Source of the DNA: Entomortierella parvispora E1425
Taxonomy: Eukaryota; Fungi; Mortierellomycota
NCBI GenBank assembly: GCA_020891255.1
Contig: BQFW01000002.1
Span: 3,162,001 to 3,226,000 of the forward strand
Direction: 5' to 3'
DNA: 64,000 nt
In this document: positions 47,104 through 58,460 of the stretch, piece by piece
Layout of the letters: each line of letters starts with the position of its first letter
How positions within the stretch are numbered: position 1 is the stretch's first letter
Notes under the pieces: generated by a model
The model's input: only the letters and a program-made list of their open reading frames with translations
What the model was told of the DNA's origin: nothing
Database searches by the model: none
Translations under genes and position numbers: made by a program

Positions 47104-50100
47104 CTAAGACACCTCGCCATTCCTTCGCTCCGCATCGCCATTCGCTCCACCGTGTCCATGGCTGCCCTCGGTTTTCAAGAGCGTCGGAGGCTGCACAGGC
47201 TGACTAGGAGACGACGTCAACGACGAGGTCGAGGACGACAAAGAAGGGGATGATCCATTCTGATTCGACGAAGGGAAGCCGCCTCCGACAGTTCTCATCC
47301 TGGGCGAAGTGATGGACGACAGTCGAATAATCGGTGCGTGGTGATACGAAGTCGACGATGGGGCTGGAGGGGGCATCGTTCCAGTGTCCGGTCGTAAATC
47401 CACAACGCCCACCTTGCGGTCATTCCGAGGCATAGGGGGAGGGGGGTAATGGCCATGCACAGGAGCAAAAGGCGCGTTCGTCCGATTAGCAGAGGTGGAA
47501 GGAGGTGGGTGAGAAGACTGAGACCGTGCTGGGAACTCGGAGTGCGATGGGTGAGGGTGGGACCGAGGATCGTGACCGTGCTGTGGGTGCTGATGATGCT
47601 GGGGATGCGAGGATGGACGGGGCTGTGGTGGCCTTGGCCCTGGTGCATAGTGCCCGTTGGATTGGCCAGGAGTGGGTGGTGAGCTTCCGTATGGGGATCG
47701 CGGAGAAGAGCCAGGGAGCGTGTAGCGCGGTGACTGGGATGGAGGTCCATGTGAGTGCGTTGAAGGTGCAGAGGAGCGGTAAGGTCCTGGTCCTCCTTGT
47801 TCACCATGAGGTGGGGGTCCATGGTGACTAGGATAAGGAGGAGGGGCACGCGATGACTGCGACTGTCCTGCAGAGTGGTGTCCGTTGTGCGGAGGTGGTC
47901 CGTTGAGTCGCGCCTGTCCATACACTGGCGCACCAGGTTGTGAAGAGGAGGAACTAGATCGGACATGTCCATGTGGTGGAGCACCTGAATGCGACGGTGC
48001 CGGATGTCTTCCCTGAGGCTGCTGTCCAGGATGCGACGAGGTTACCCTAGCCTGTCCATGGGATGGCTGCCTCGTGTGGGATGATTCAGGGTGTGGAGGA
48101 CCAGACTGCGACGAGCCGGGTCGCGGCTGACCATGAGGCGATGGAGTCGACCGTGGACCTTGTGGGTGAGGAGGACCTTGATAGGTTGGTCCATGGGATG
48201 GTGGTCCTTGACTGGGTGGTCCTTGACTGGGTGGCCGTTGCTGTGGCGGTCCTTGGAAAGGTGGACCCGGTCGAGAGTGTCCTGGGTAGGGTCGCTGGTC
48301 AGGGGGAGGTGGACCACCAGATCTTGGCTGACTTCCATGAGGTGGCAGCCCTTGCCGTTGTGACTCGTGGTAAGGCTGTCCTTGCTGTGGCGGTCCAGAT
48401 CTAGGGGGTCCCTGATAAGGTGGCCTCTGGGGAGGTGGGCCTGGACGTCCATAGGAGGGTGGGCCCGGGTGTTGCGATCCCGGATGCGATGGCGCCTGGC
48501 CAGGAGCTCCTCGAGAAGGCCCTTGGTGCTGTTGCTGTGGAGGGCGAGGCTGTGCTGGTCGAGAGGGGTGTTGATGCGAAGGGTAAGGAGGTTGAAGCGG
48601 GTGGTTGGGATGCCCGTGTCTTTCCTGCGGCAACATGAACGCTTCTCGGAATGAAGGAAGCATTGGCCCACCAGGCACTGAAGATCGCATGGACGGAGTT
48701 GAGGGAGTGCTATCATTGGTACCATTCGATTCAGGTGGCGACACTGGCTGAGTAGTCGAGGATTTTCTCCTTGTTGGCTTGAGCTTCTCTCCTGTCTCCG
48801 AAACCTGTCGCTTCTTGTAAGCACGCTTCACGCGTGGCTCCGAGTCTGCGAGGATCGACTCTTTGCTAGACTTGCGCTTTTTGCTCTTGTCGGGCCGGTT
48901 GATCGCCCTTGATTGAGCTATTGGTAACAAAGAATGAAGAGATGAGTATCGGATGTATCGACTCGAGAATAACATGGATGCGAAATCATGGTCTAGTTTG
49001 TTTAGTTACCTTCATCCTGGAAATGCATTGGTCCGTGAACATAGGGCTTCTTGCGATGCACAGCACACACAGGACAGACAAACTTGGACAATTTTTGAGC
49101 CTTGTCGGGCGTGATACCCATACATCTGGTATGGTACCAGTCGTCGCAGAGTCCGCATTGAATCAAGACTTCAGACTTTGAGCCACGTTGTCCACAAAGA
49201 CAGTCTAATTCAATCGAGTCCAAAGGAGGTGCTGTTGGACAGTCCGAGAGCATCACAACCGGTGCGGGCATGGACGAAGGCTGGAGTTCCAGAATATGGG
49301 CTCTCAGAGCCATTCTTTCCTCAGGAAGGTCGACATCCAGGCCCTCGATCTTGCGCAAATATGCCTTCACAGCTAGAATGTCCTTGAGAGAGAAAGGACC
49401 CTCTTTCAAGAAGGCATTTACCCGTGATTGAAATTCCGTGACCATGTCGATAATCGTTCCCATGAGTGGGACCTCTGGAACAAAGAAACCCAAACTCATG
49501 CCAAGCTCGTACGCACCCTTGAGCTCTGTCAAGGTCGGTCTTGGCAGATCGCGTCTGATTACCAGGGATAGGTTGCAAACAGGGCAGACGTAGCTGGATT
49601 TCGCGCTCACGTCCCGTTTGGTCACCCGAACACAGGGACCGTGGTACCATTCATGGCACTCGTCGCACTCGACCATCATTCCTGATTCGGTCAATCGACA
49701 GAGACAGTAGATGGGGTCTTCGTCAGCATCGGTAAGATCCACAGTGGTGGATCCTTCTGCCGGCTTCTTGTCGGTTGTCAAATCCACCTCCATCTCGGTC
49801 TCGGCGCGATGCATTGTTCCGTTTGAGGGTCCTGCAGGTACGGTAGGAAGTTTCTCAACCGCGGCACATGCATCCACGTTGTCCTTCAAATCGTCCAAGA
49901 TCTCTTCCAGACTGTGTTCGTGTGTATCCTCCGGTACCAAAAGCTGTTGACTAAGGGCAAGCCACTCATCGTACTTGCGATTTTCAGCTTCCAGGACAGC
50001 CTTGAGCTCTGGTTTGATAGGCACGCTCTCAGAGACCTTGACGGCGCGCTTTAGCTCGGTGATCAAGGGTCTCTGACTGAACACTGGATCCTCTGCTTTC

Positions 50101-53100
50101 TTCAAGAGGTTCTCTGCGCTCCTGTCCCAATCCATGGTTTTGGTGCACAGTTGCTCGGCCTTGGACAGGATCGCCTTTGGAACTGGCAGTTGTTTTCCAG
50201 TGTCAATTAGAGCCCGCAGTTCTTCCATATCCACGGGCGATCTTTGAAGGGCTCTGAGAGCCATATCCTCCCAGCTCTGTCCAGCCTTTTGCTTCTTGAC
50301 CAGATCCACAAGAATCGGGTTGGTGGAAGAAACGCCTCCCCTCTCGGCGTCTGCGACTAATCCACAGATCACATTAAAGTCTTCCAGTTCCTCCAGTTGA
50401 ACAGAGGCCTTTTCGATCCAAGTCAAATCCTTGACAATCGTCTCCAAGCGGTCAATCTCGTCAATGCTGATGTTCATGCTCACTCCGACTTCGTACAGTT
50501 CTCGACATTCGCTTAGGTCATGTCGGGGTCTCTCAAGCGCCTTGCGAGCCTCGGTCTGATATTCCATAATGACTTCGACTGATTCTTCTAGCTGCTTGAT
50601 TTCTGGGCAATCAAACCGCATTCTTTCAACTCGCATCAGCATCGCCTGCAGCTCTTCTAGTCGCTTTCCAGAAGTGCTGTTGTTGGTGCTCAAGGTCCGT
50701 TCCAAAAGGCGTCGCCCTTGATGATGATGCTTCCGGACCATGGATTTAGAGGCTGTCTCAACCCATTCGTTGGCCTCAATCACAAACTTTCTCAAGTGAC
50801 TTGCCTCCCTGATAGGGAATGGTATCCGGTCGGCCTCTGCTAGCAAAGATCGCAGTAGCTTCAATGATGGTGTCCTTGTTTCCAACATTGTCTTTCGGTA
50901 CTTTTCAATCCATGCATCTGGAATGGCCGCCGTTTCTGTGACCCTGTCAGAGATCTCCTTCAGTTGCTCATCAGAATACCTGAGTCGGAAGAAATGTTCC
51001 AAAGGATTGCATTTGCAAAGCTACAGGACGTAAATAGACGTTAGCAAACTTGCGCTTTAAACAAATATAGTTCCATTCTTATAAACGACTCAAACATCCT
51101 GCCTCTTTCTGTTTTACCTCCGAAACATGGTCATGGCAAGCCACCTTTGTGGTGCAACGACAGCCAACCTGCGATAGGTATACGTATGCGTTACAGTACC
51201 GACATTGAACCTCCTCTTCCGGGCGATCTACTTCATCCAGAATGACCTTAATCCCTTTGTATCTTTTCCGCAGCCCCTCGCGCAAGGCGAGTTCCCGATC
51301 CAGAAGGTTTTTCATTTCGTCCTGAAGCCAATGGGCTGTTGCGATGCTGGTGTCATTGAGTGCTGTCGTCAGGATTAGTTCGTCGTGAGAAAACACTGGG
51401 TGTTTCTTGTGCTCCTTGTAGCGTTGTACACACTCCAAGCCGAACTGACACCAATCTGGAGGAGCAAAATTGACTGCTTCTGCAAAGTTGAACTATCGAG
51501 GAGGAAAAAAAAGAGAGTTCACGCTAAGTTTGACATCCCACAAGAACAATAAAAGAAGTCTTGAACGGTAATGGTATCTTACACCATGGTTGAATCCAGC
51601 ATGATATGCCTGAGGGAAGGTCACCACAAACTGCCCTGGCCGTTGATCCAGCGCCAACACTTTGACGCCGTTGGCAACAAGTTTCCCAGGTGAAAGCATG
51701 GTGACAAGTTGAAACAGCAGATCCGGCTGCTGTTCAAATAGCTCTGGGACGGCAAGTTTCATGGTTTCCTCGAATTTGAGAGCGTCCGACGCTGGGACTC
51801 CATACCAAGTCTTTGTCTCTCCCCAGTGCATATAGTTGATTGAATACGTATAATGGTCCTCGTTATGCCAGCAAAATGTTGAGAAGCACATGCCCACGTA
51901 GAGCCAGGGGACCATCATTCCTGAAATGTCGGATTTGATGTGGCAGAAGAGGGATTCCGGTAAGACGGGGATGTTGTTGAGGTTGGCGGGTTGTGACGAG
52001 TATTTGTCATTGGGGTGTCTCTCCAAGGAAGGAAATCCACTATAGAGCAAGGAGAAGGACGTCGATCTTTGTCAGTGCAGGGTTCAGTGTCGAGTTTTTC
52101 AGTGTTTCATAGAATGAGCACTCACCTTCCATGTTGAGTAGAGTGGAGATCAGCTCCATACTCTACCTCTACTGTCTCATAAGCATCCTCTACCAGTTTC
52201 CAAAACTCGCGCTCGCAGACATCTTCGGGAACAACGCCATCTCTGAAGCCGGCCTTTTCGAACCATCTTTTCTTGAACGAGTTGCACTTTTGTTGAAAGC
52301 TGCTCAGGGAATACTCCTCGCCTTCCTCGAATCCAAAGTCGTCTCCTGCCACCAGACATTTAGCGCAGTACCAGTCTGTCTTTGGAATGGCCTGAAGGGG
52401 AGGTGTGAGGCAGAAGGTGTGGTATCCAAGCTCGCATCCATCACAGATCAGCATTTTTTCCAGCTCATTGTCCTTGTGACAGATCTCGCATACGTCTGAA
52501 TCCTCCTCCTCATCGTCCTTGGCTGGCTCGCTGACCTGGCGTTCTGATTCCGAGGGTGAGGATGGTTCGGAGTCTATGAGGATCAAAAGCGTCATCGGTG
52601 AGCGGTCACTAAAAAAAAATAAAGGCCAATGTCCCAAAAATCCATCCAAGTGTGTTGCAGTTCCCAGGTCAAAAATAGCTATAAAATAACACTTGCCTGC
52701 ATAGGATACAGGGTCCTTTTTGATTCGTTTTGATTTCCTTGTCTCCGTGGAGAAGATATTGACAGAGGGTTTTGACGAAGGTGGCGGAGGGGTTGAGGCT
52801 TGTTCTTTGACGGGCTGATCTGTACTGTGTTCTCGTTTCTGGGTTGGAGTAGGCATTTCAGGTGCAGGCTTAGCCTGTTTAGACAGGTAGATCTCGAACG
52901 GCAAAACGACTTTAACATACGCAGCTTTGAGAGCGCTCGAAAGGGAAGTACATTCTTTTCGAGTGTAGTCCATGCCTCGTCCAATTTCTGCCCACTTTTT
53001 TCCAGAGGTGACCTATTAAATATGGAGAAAAAGAGAGCACCACATTGGGCGAACGAATGCGGCGATAAGCAACACTGTTTTTGTTTTTTTTCGGAATCTG

Positions 53101-53761
53101 TTCCATCTGTCATCAAATGCGACGCCTTTGTCTTTGGTCCTGACCTTCAAATAGCCTCCTCTGGCGGCGACCTCTTTCTTGAGACGATACAGATCAATGG
53201 GTCTCTTGTCGAGTGTAGGGACCTTTGTCACAGGTTTGCCTTGCTGCTGATGAAATTTGTAAAGTTGATCCAGGTAGTTGAGATTTGTCCTTGTGTTGCC
53301 CTCCATGCTGTTGAGCTTTTGTATCCTGGTCTTGAAGCGGAAGACCTAGAGGTGGAGATGAAGTCAAAGAGTAGTGTGATCAGCATGCTTGGCCCATATT
53401 ACGGCTTCATGTCAAGGTAATTTGTGGATTCGTTCTTTTAGTGACAGGGGGGTGGTGGGTGGGTGTTGTTGCATACCTCTGTGTCCATTGCAAAAGTGGG
53501 CTTCCAGCCTTCCGGGGGGATGATTTTACAGATGCCAGCCTTCTCTGCCTCGGGTCGAATGCTTTCGATGTATCTGAGAGGCTCCATGAACTCTTCCATG
53601 GTGGGATAATAGCACGGCGCATCCTGCAGTCCGAATATGCGAGTAGGTGGATCGGCCGGTGGATTTTCCTTGGGGGCCCTTGTGGCGACGGTGGCCATGT
53701 TGAGAGGCGGGGCCTTTCCGTAGGTGGCCTGGATGGCAGAGGGCCTGGCCCTTTTCATCAT
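47104..53761 (-). CDS. KDM5: KDM5/JARID1-family histone H3K4 demethylase (JmjN-ARID-PHD-JmjC-C5HC2-PLU1-PHD-PHD, long P/G/S/Q tail), about 1968 aa; exons 53761-53477, 53345-53145, 53012-52697, 52573-52126, 52039-51583, 51492-51118, 51020-49010, 48917-47104
   Basis: Jmj[12 protein letters not shown]...GICKIIPP; [14 protein letters not shown]; Jmj[10 protein letters not shown] and AYHAGFNHG with Fe ligands intact; three PHD fingers. Seven introns in phase, one GC-AG. Confidence 0.95.
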
Positions 53762-53987
53762 GGGGTCTGGGTAGCAGGGGGTGATCCGGGGATAAGGTCG
53801 GGAGGGGCGGGTTCGTTAAAAATGGCGGATAGCAGAGGAGAGCAGAGCAGAGCAGAACAGAGCAGCTATTGATGCTGGGATGCTGGGATATGAATCGTAC
53901 GTCTCGCGTCCGTAGTAGGGAGGCAGGGGTGGAGGGAAGGGAGTTCAAGAGGGAAGCGATGACGAGGGGAGAATTCACATGCCCATG

Positions 53988-54030
53988 CAGACAGACAGAC
54001 AGACAGACAGAGAGACGGACGGACAGACAG
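53988..54030. repeat. (CAGA)6 microsatellite with degenerate extension
   Basis: Read directly. Confidence 0.9.
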
Positions 54031-54264
54031 GAAGAAAAGGGCGATGAGGAAAAAAAGGGAAGGACGAGTCGAGTGGGGTGGGGAATACGAAGGTGCGACA
54101 GGACTGGACTGGACTGGACTGGGCGACTGGGGTCCACTGGTCCTGTGTGTCTGTGCTGGGCTTCTTTTTTTTACGCTAATGGACTCATCACCGGAAAGGT
54201 CTGGATCGCACTTGCTGCACAGGGGAGAGGGGCACACTTTTGGTGGCAAACTCTGTTTCTTTGT

Positions 54265-54282
54265 TCTGTCTGTTCTGTCTGT

Positions 54283-54367
<85 letters not shown>
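54265..54367. repeat. (TCTG)~21 microsatellite preceded by 9-mer variants
   Basis: Read directly; causes the TDRQ/SVCL repeat ORFs. Confidence 0.95.
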
Positions 54368-55013
54368 TGTGTCCTCCCATTCCACACAAGAGAATCACAG
54401 GAACCAGCCTGGCTGTTCTGGGATCACCCTGTCCCCATGAACAATGGGAATGGAATCACGCTGCATGCGAGCCTTCCTCTCTTTCTTTCTTTCTTTCTTT
54501 CTTTCTTGTCTTTGCATCTCTCTTCTTCCTTGTTCCGCTGGAACGTGAAAACACGCCAACAGCCACTCACTCAACCAGGGAACTCTCGCCCTTGCAATCC
54601 TCTCCTTCCCAGCAAGGATCAAGCCCAAAAAGGACACTAACTCGCGCCATAAGGTTTCCATCTTCCCTTGGTCAGATCGTCGCACAAAGAAAAGTAAAAA
54701 AAAAAAAAAAAAGAGAAAAAAAAAACTCCTTCGCACGCCCCTCTCAACGGACGATCTGATCTCGTGGCATCCCCATTCCCCCCATTGGCCCTTTCCCTTT
54801 TCTTCATTTGCATTGCCACCTTCTCTGGCCCGTCCCTTCCCTGTGCTTCCCTGTTCTCTTCCCGTTTTCTCTTCTTTTTTTGATTCCTTCTTTTTCTTTT
54901 TCTTTCTCTTTTTTTTCTTTTTCTTTCTCTGTCACTTCTTGCTCCCCCACTCCCCCCCCACTCTCCCATATACCCCTCCCCCCCTTCCCATTCCTCGTGT
55001 CAGACAAGCAGCC

Positions 55014-57172
55014 ATGAACAGAGAGTTTAGCTCCTTCCTGCCATCCTTCCCGCCCTCAAAGCGGATGTCGGCCCTGACAATCTCTTCCCCCACCAGTGCC
55101 TCCAGTCCTGTTTTGTCGCCAGAGCCCCTGCCTTCGCCTCCTGCCCCAATGGCTCACCTCAGTGCCAGTAGGGTCCTCTTTGAGGAAGGACTTTACAGCG
55201 ATGTGGTCGTGGTCCTCCAGGTTCCTGGATCCATCAAAAAGTCTCTGAACCTCCACTCCCGGATCCTCTCCAAGGAAAGTGAGGTCTTTGCCACCATCTT
55301 GGCAGGAAAGCAGCCCGTGGGTGAAAAGGCCATTGCCCTGGCTGAAGAACGCGACTCGAACGGATCACAGGTGATAGAGATTCAATGCGTGGACGCTCAA
55401 GAACTCTATGCCTTCGAATCCTCTCTCCGCCTACTCTACACTGGCAGTTGGTGTTCTGATCGCGATTTCCAGACTAGCTCTCTCGATGCCCGCTTGCGTC
55501 GTGGTATGGACGTGATGAGTCAGGCTGGACGATTGGCCCTCAAAGGCTCCACGACCGCGCTCTTGCAAGAAGAGATCACAACCATGTGCCAGAGCCAGCC
55601 AGAACTACTGGAAAAGGTCTTCAAGTCTCTGCGACCCGAGGATCGAGAGGAGGATCAAGCGATTCTCAAGTTTGACAGGGATGCGCTGCAGCAGATGTGC
55701 CGCGTGGCCATCCTCAAGGTCGAGATCCGTGATCACTGTGAACTGGCGATTGCTCGCAATCTCTACGGGACCAAAAAGTTCCGTGACCTGCGCATGGCTG
55801 AGGTGCAGATCTCAGAGTTGCGACCAGGCTACATCTTTCCACCAGGGGGTCAAGAGTCCATTTACCTCCTCAAAGGTGCGCCCTCTTTGCCTTTGCATCC
55901 CTGCAGAGCAGCCAACGTAGAGGCTCTTCGCCATGTGGTCGATTACTATACCGCATACAACTCGCAGCAACCTCTCCGTAGCCGCGAGTTTTACGTGATC
56001 CCGAACGACGACGACGAGGACGACGAGGACGTTCGCCAAAAGTCGACCGCTACCCTGAACCAGGTGACTTTTTACAGAGTCGCGTTCTCTACGGGGTTCC
56101 AATGGCTCATGGATCAGGTCATCAAGGTCCGTGCCCCCTTTGAGCTGATTATTCTCTTGCTCAAGGATGCGCTGGATGAAAACTCGGATCGAGGCAACAA
56201 TGTTTATTTTGGCGAGTTTGCCACCGCTGTCGATGGTGATGTCTATCTTCAAGGTGTTAGCTACATCGCGGATGGACTCTTGCACGCTTTCCAAGACCCT
56301 ACACTTGAGACCTTCCGGAACCCTGGCGCCTCTGGTTCTCTTTTGAACATGATCTCTTATGGTATCAGCTCGCTCACAGATCTGCCTCCTCTTCGTCCTC
56401 GCCCAAACTCGGGCAGTGGAGATGCAAATGCGGCCCATCATCATGAAGAGTACTCGGCTCTTGCCACCTTGGTGATGGAATTCTTTTGGCAAGTTTTGGA
56501 ACTTGCGCTCAAGCGGCCTCATCACCTCGAGTTTGTTCAGCTCCTGCTCGACTCTATCACCAAGATTGCCCCTCTGTCTCCATTCGAGGTGGTGGATCGG
56601 ATCGAGGAGCGACTCGCCGAGCTCCTGGAGGAGACTCGCAAGAAGATTATGGAACAGAGAGGCGATGTACCTGAGCCTGACGAGCCTGAGGACGATGGTC
56701 TTGCGGGACACGATGATGACGATGCTCCAATCAGTCCTAAAGTGAGGAGTGACGACGAGTATATTAGCATCAAGGGCAGCTTCTCGGAAGGACACAGGAG
56801 CGAGGTATCCAGTAGTCGACACGACGATCAGGAAGAGCGCCACTCTCTTGTAAGCAGTGTATTGCTGGCAGCTGACCCTCCCAAGGGCGCATACGACGAA
56901 GACGACGCGTCATTGTTGCATCAGGATGAGCCTGAAGCAGAAGCCGAGGCTGAAGTCGAGATCGAGGCAGCCTGGATGAGGTATGAGTGGTTTTTCATCG
57001 CCCCTGGTTCTATTCCTAGGAAAAGCAGCTAACATTTTATACGTCTTTGATGCCATTGAAATACGATAGACCCGAGTATCTTCAGCCATTGTGCCTTCAG
57101 CTTTTGACAAAGTTCCCGATGAACATCCAGTCTTCACTCCTCTGGGCGATTCACGATCTTCAGCTCTTGTAG
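55014..57172 (+). CDS. BTB/POZ-domain protein, about 689 aa; exons 55014-56980, 57070-57172
   Basis: LFEEGLYSDVVVVL...LNLHSRILSKESEVFATIL is a BTB N-terminus. The phase-2 GT-AG intron gives a helical C-terminus, RPEYLQPLCLQLLTKFPMNIQSSLLWAIHDLQLL*. Confidence 0.75.
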
Positions 57173-57301
57173 AGGCGACGTGCAAGTTTATTTCTCCATA
57201 TACCTACAATCGCTTTTCTCCCCCCTCATATACACCACACAACTCTCCACTCTTTTCAACAACTAGACATTGATAATTCAACTATGGCTTTTATCTATCA
57301 A

Positions 57302-57350
57302 TGTGTATGCGTGTGTGCGTGTGTGCGTGTGCGCGCGTTTGTGTGTATGT
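57302..57350. repeat. Alternating purine-pyrimidine (GT/GC) tract
   Basis: Read directly; lies just 3' of the BTB gene. Confidence 0.7.
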
Positions 57351-58460
57351 ATGAATGGAGTCAATAAGTGAAGGACTGCAGATGAGAAAGAAAAAAAAAA
57401 AGAAAGAAAGAAAGGCCCATTGTCAATTCCGCAGGGGAGCATGGACGCGACGGGGGGACACAAGGAAAAAGAACATTGAGCAAATGTGCAAATGTGCAGA
57501 ATGAGAACGACGACATTGATGTGAACTCGATTCATCCCCCTCCCTTCTTTTTCATTTTCCCTCCGTCCCCTCTTCTTGTATCCCTCGCCCTCCCCACTCC
57601 ACGGTTTCCCGCTGCCATCTTACCCTTCTCGACTCCGAAACTCAAAGTCGTAGTCATCACGTCCTCATCGCGTCTCTGACTCGCTGCATAGCCTGAAACG
57701 AGCATACCCAACGCGATCTCTCCCTCTCTCTCTTTCTCTCTCTCTCTTGTTCCCCTTTCGCAAATCAAGAATACTACTCAAAGGAACCGTGACATCTATC
57801 CATTAAAGTCAGCGGCCAAAAGGTACTACTCAAGAAAACACATTCATCATCCCAGACTTTAATGTCTTTGTGCCTGGCATTCGCCAGTCTCGGCATTAAA
57901 CATGTTTGAAAAGCCCATCATGCAACATTGGCCTATCCGCAGAAGGTTCTGAACTTGCAGGGGATAGAAACTCCCTACAAATGAGATCGTTTTCAATGAG
58001 AGGACAGAAATGGGCTTGCATGAGTGGACACATACACACATGCGCCTATGTTTGGCTCGGTTTTCAAGCCTTTTTCTCTTTTTTTTTCCCCTTGTTATTT
58101 TGTGGTACATTTTGTTTCGCTACCACTCTGTCCTGCATGGCCCAAGGTGTGGTGACCCGGAGGGTGAATTGCGGGACGGGTAGTAGCAAAGGCGTTATTT
58201 GCTTTCGAGGGATGGGATGCCTGTCTGTCTGTAGCTTGGCCCGAGCTGACAATGCACTCCCTTTTTCTTCCCCTTCCAGGCCGGATCCGAACGCTAAAAT
58301 GATTTACAAATAATTTCTGACCATTTTTTTTTGCCACCAACATTCAGATTTTTGACCCGTGTCGATTTTATTTTTTTTTGGCACCGGTGCATTGAGGTCC
58401 AAGTCAAGAAGGATCAACACTCAGAGGTCAAAAAGGAAGGAAGAGGACTAAAAACACCAC

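Noticed and set aside
53866-54759. ORFs of 173-296 aa with TDRQ/SVCL repeats
   Set aside because: Artefacts of stop-free tetranucleotide microsatellites in promoter DNA.
55812-56843. 343-aa minus-strand ORF
   Set aside because: Fully antisense to the BTB gene, with no domain-like content.
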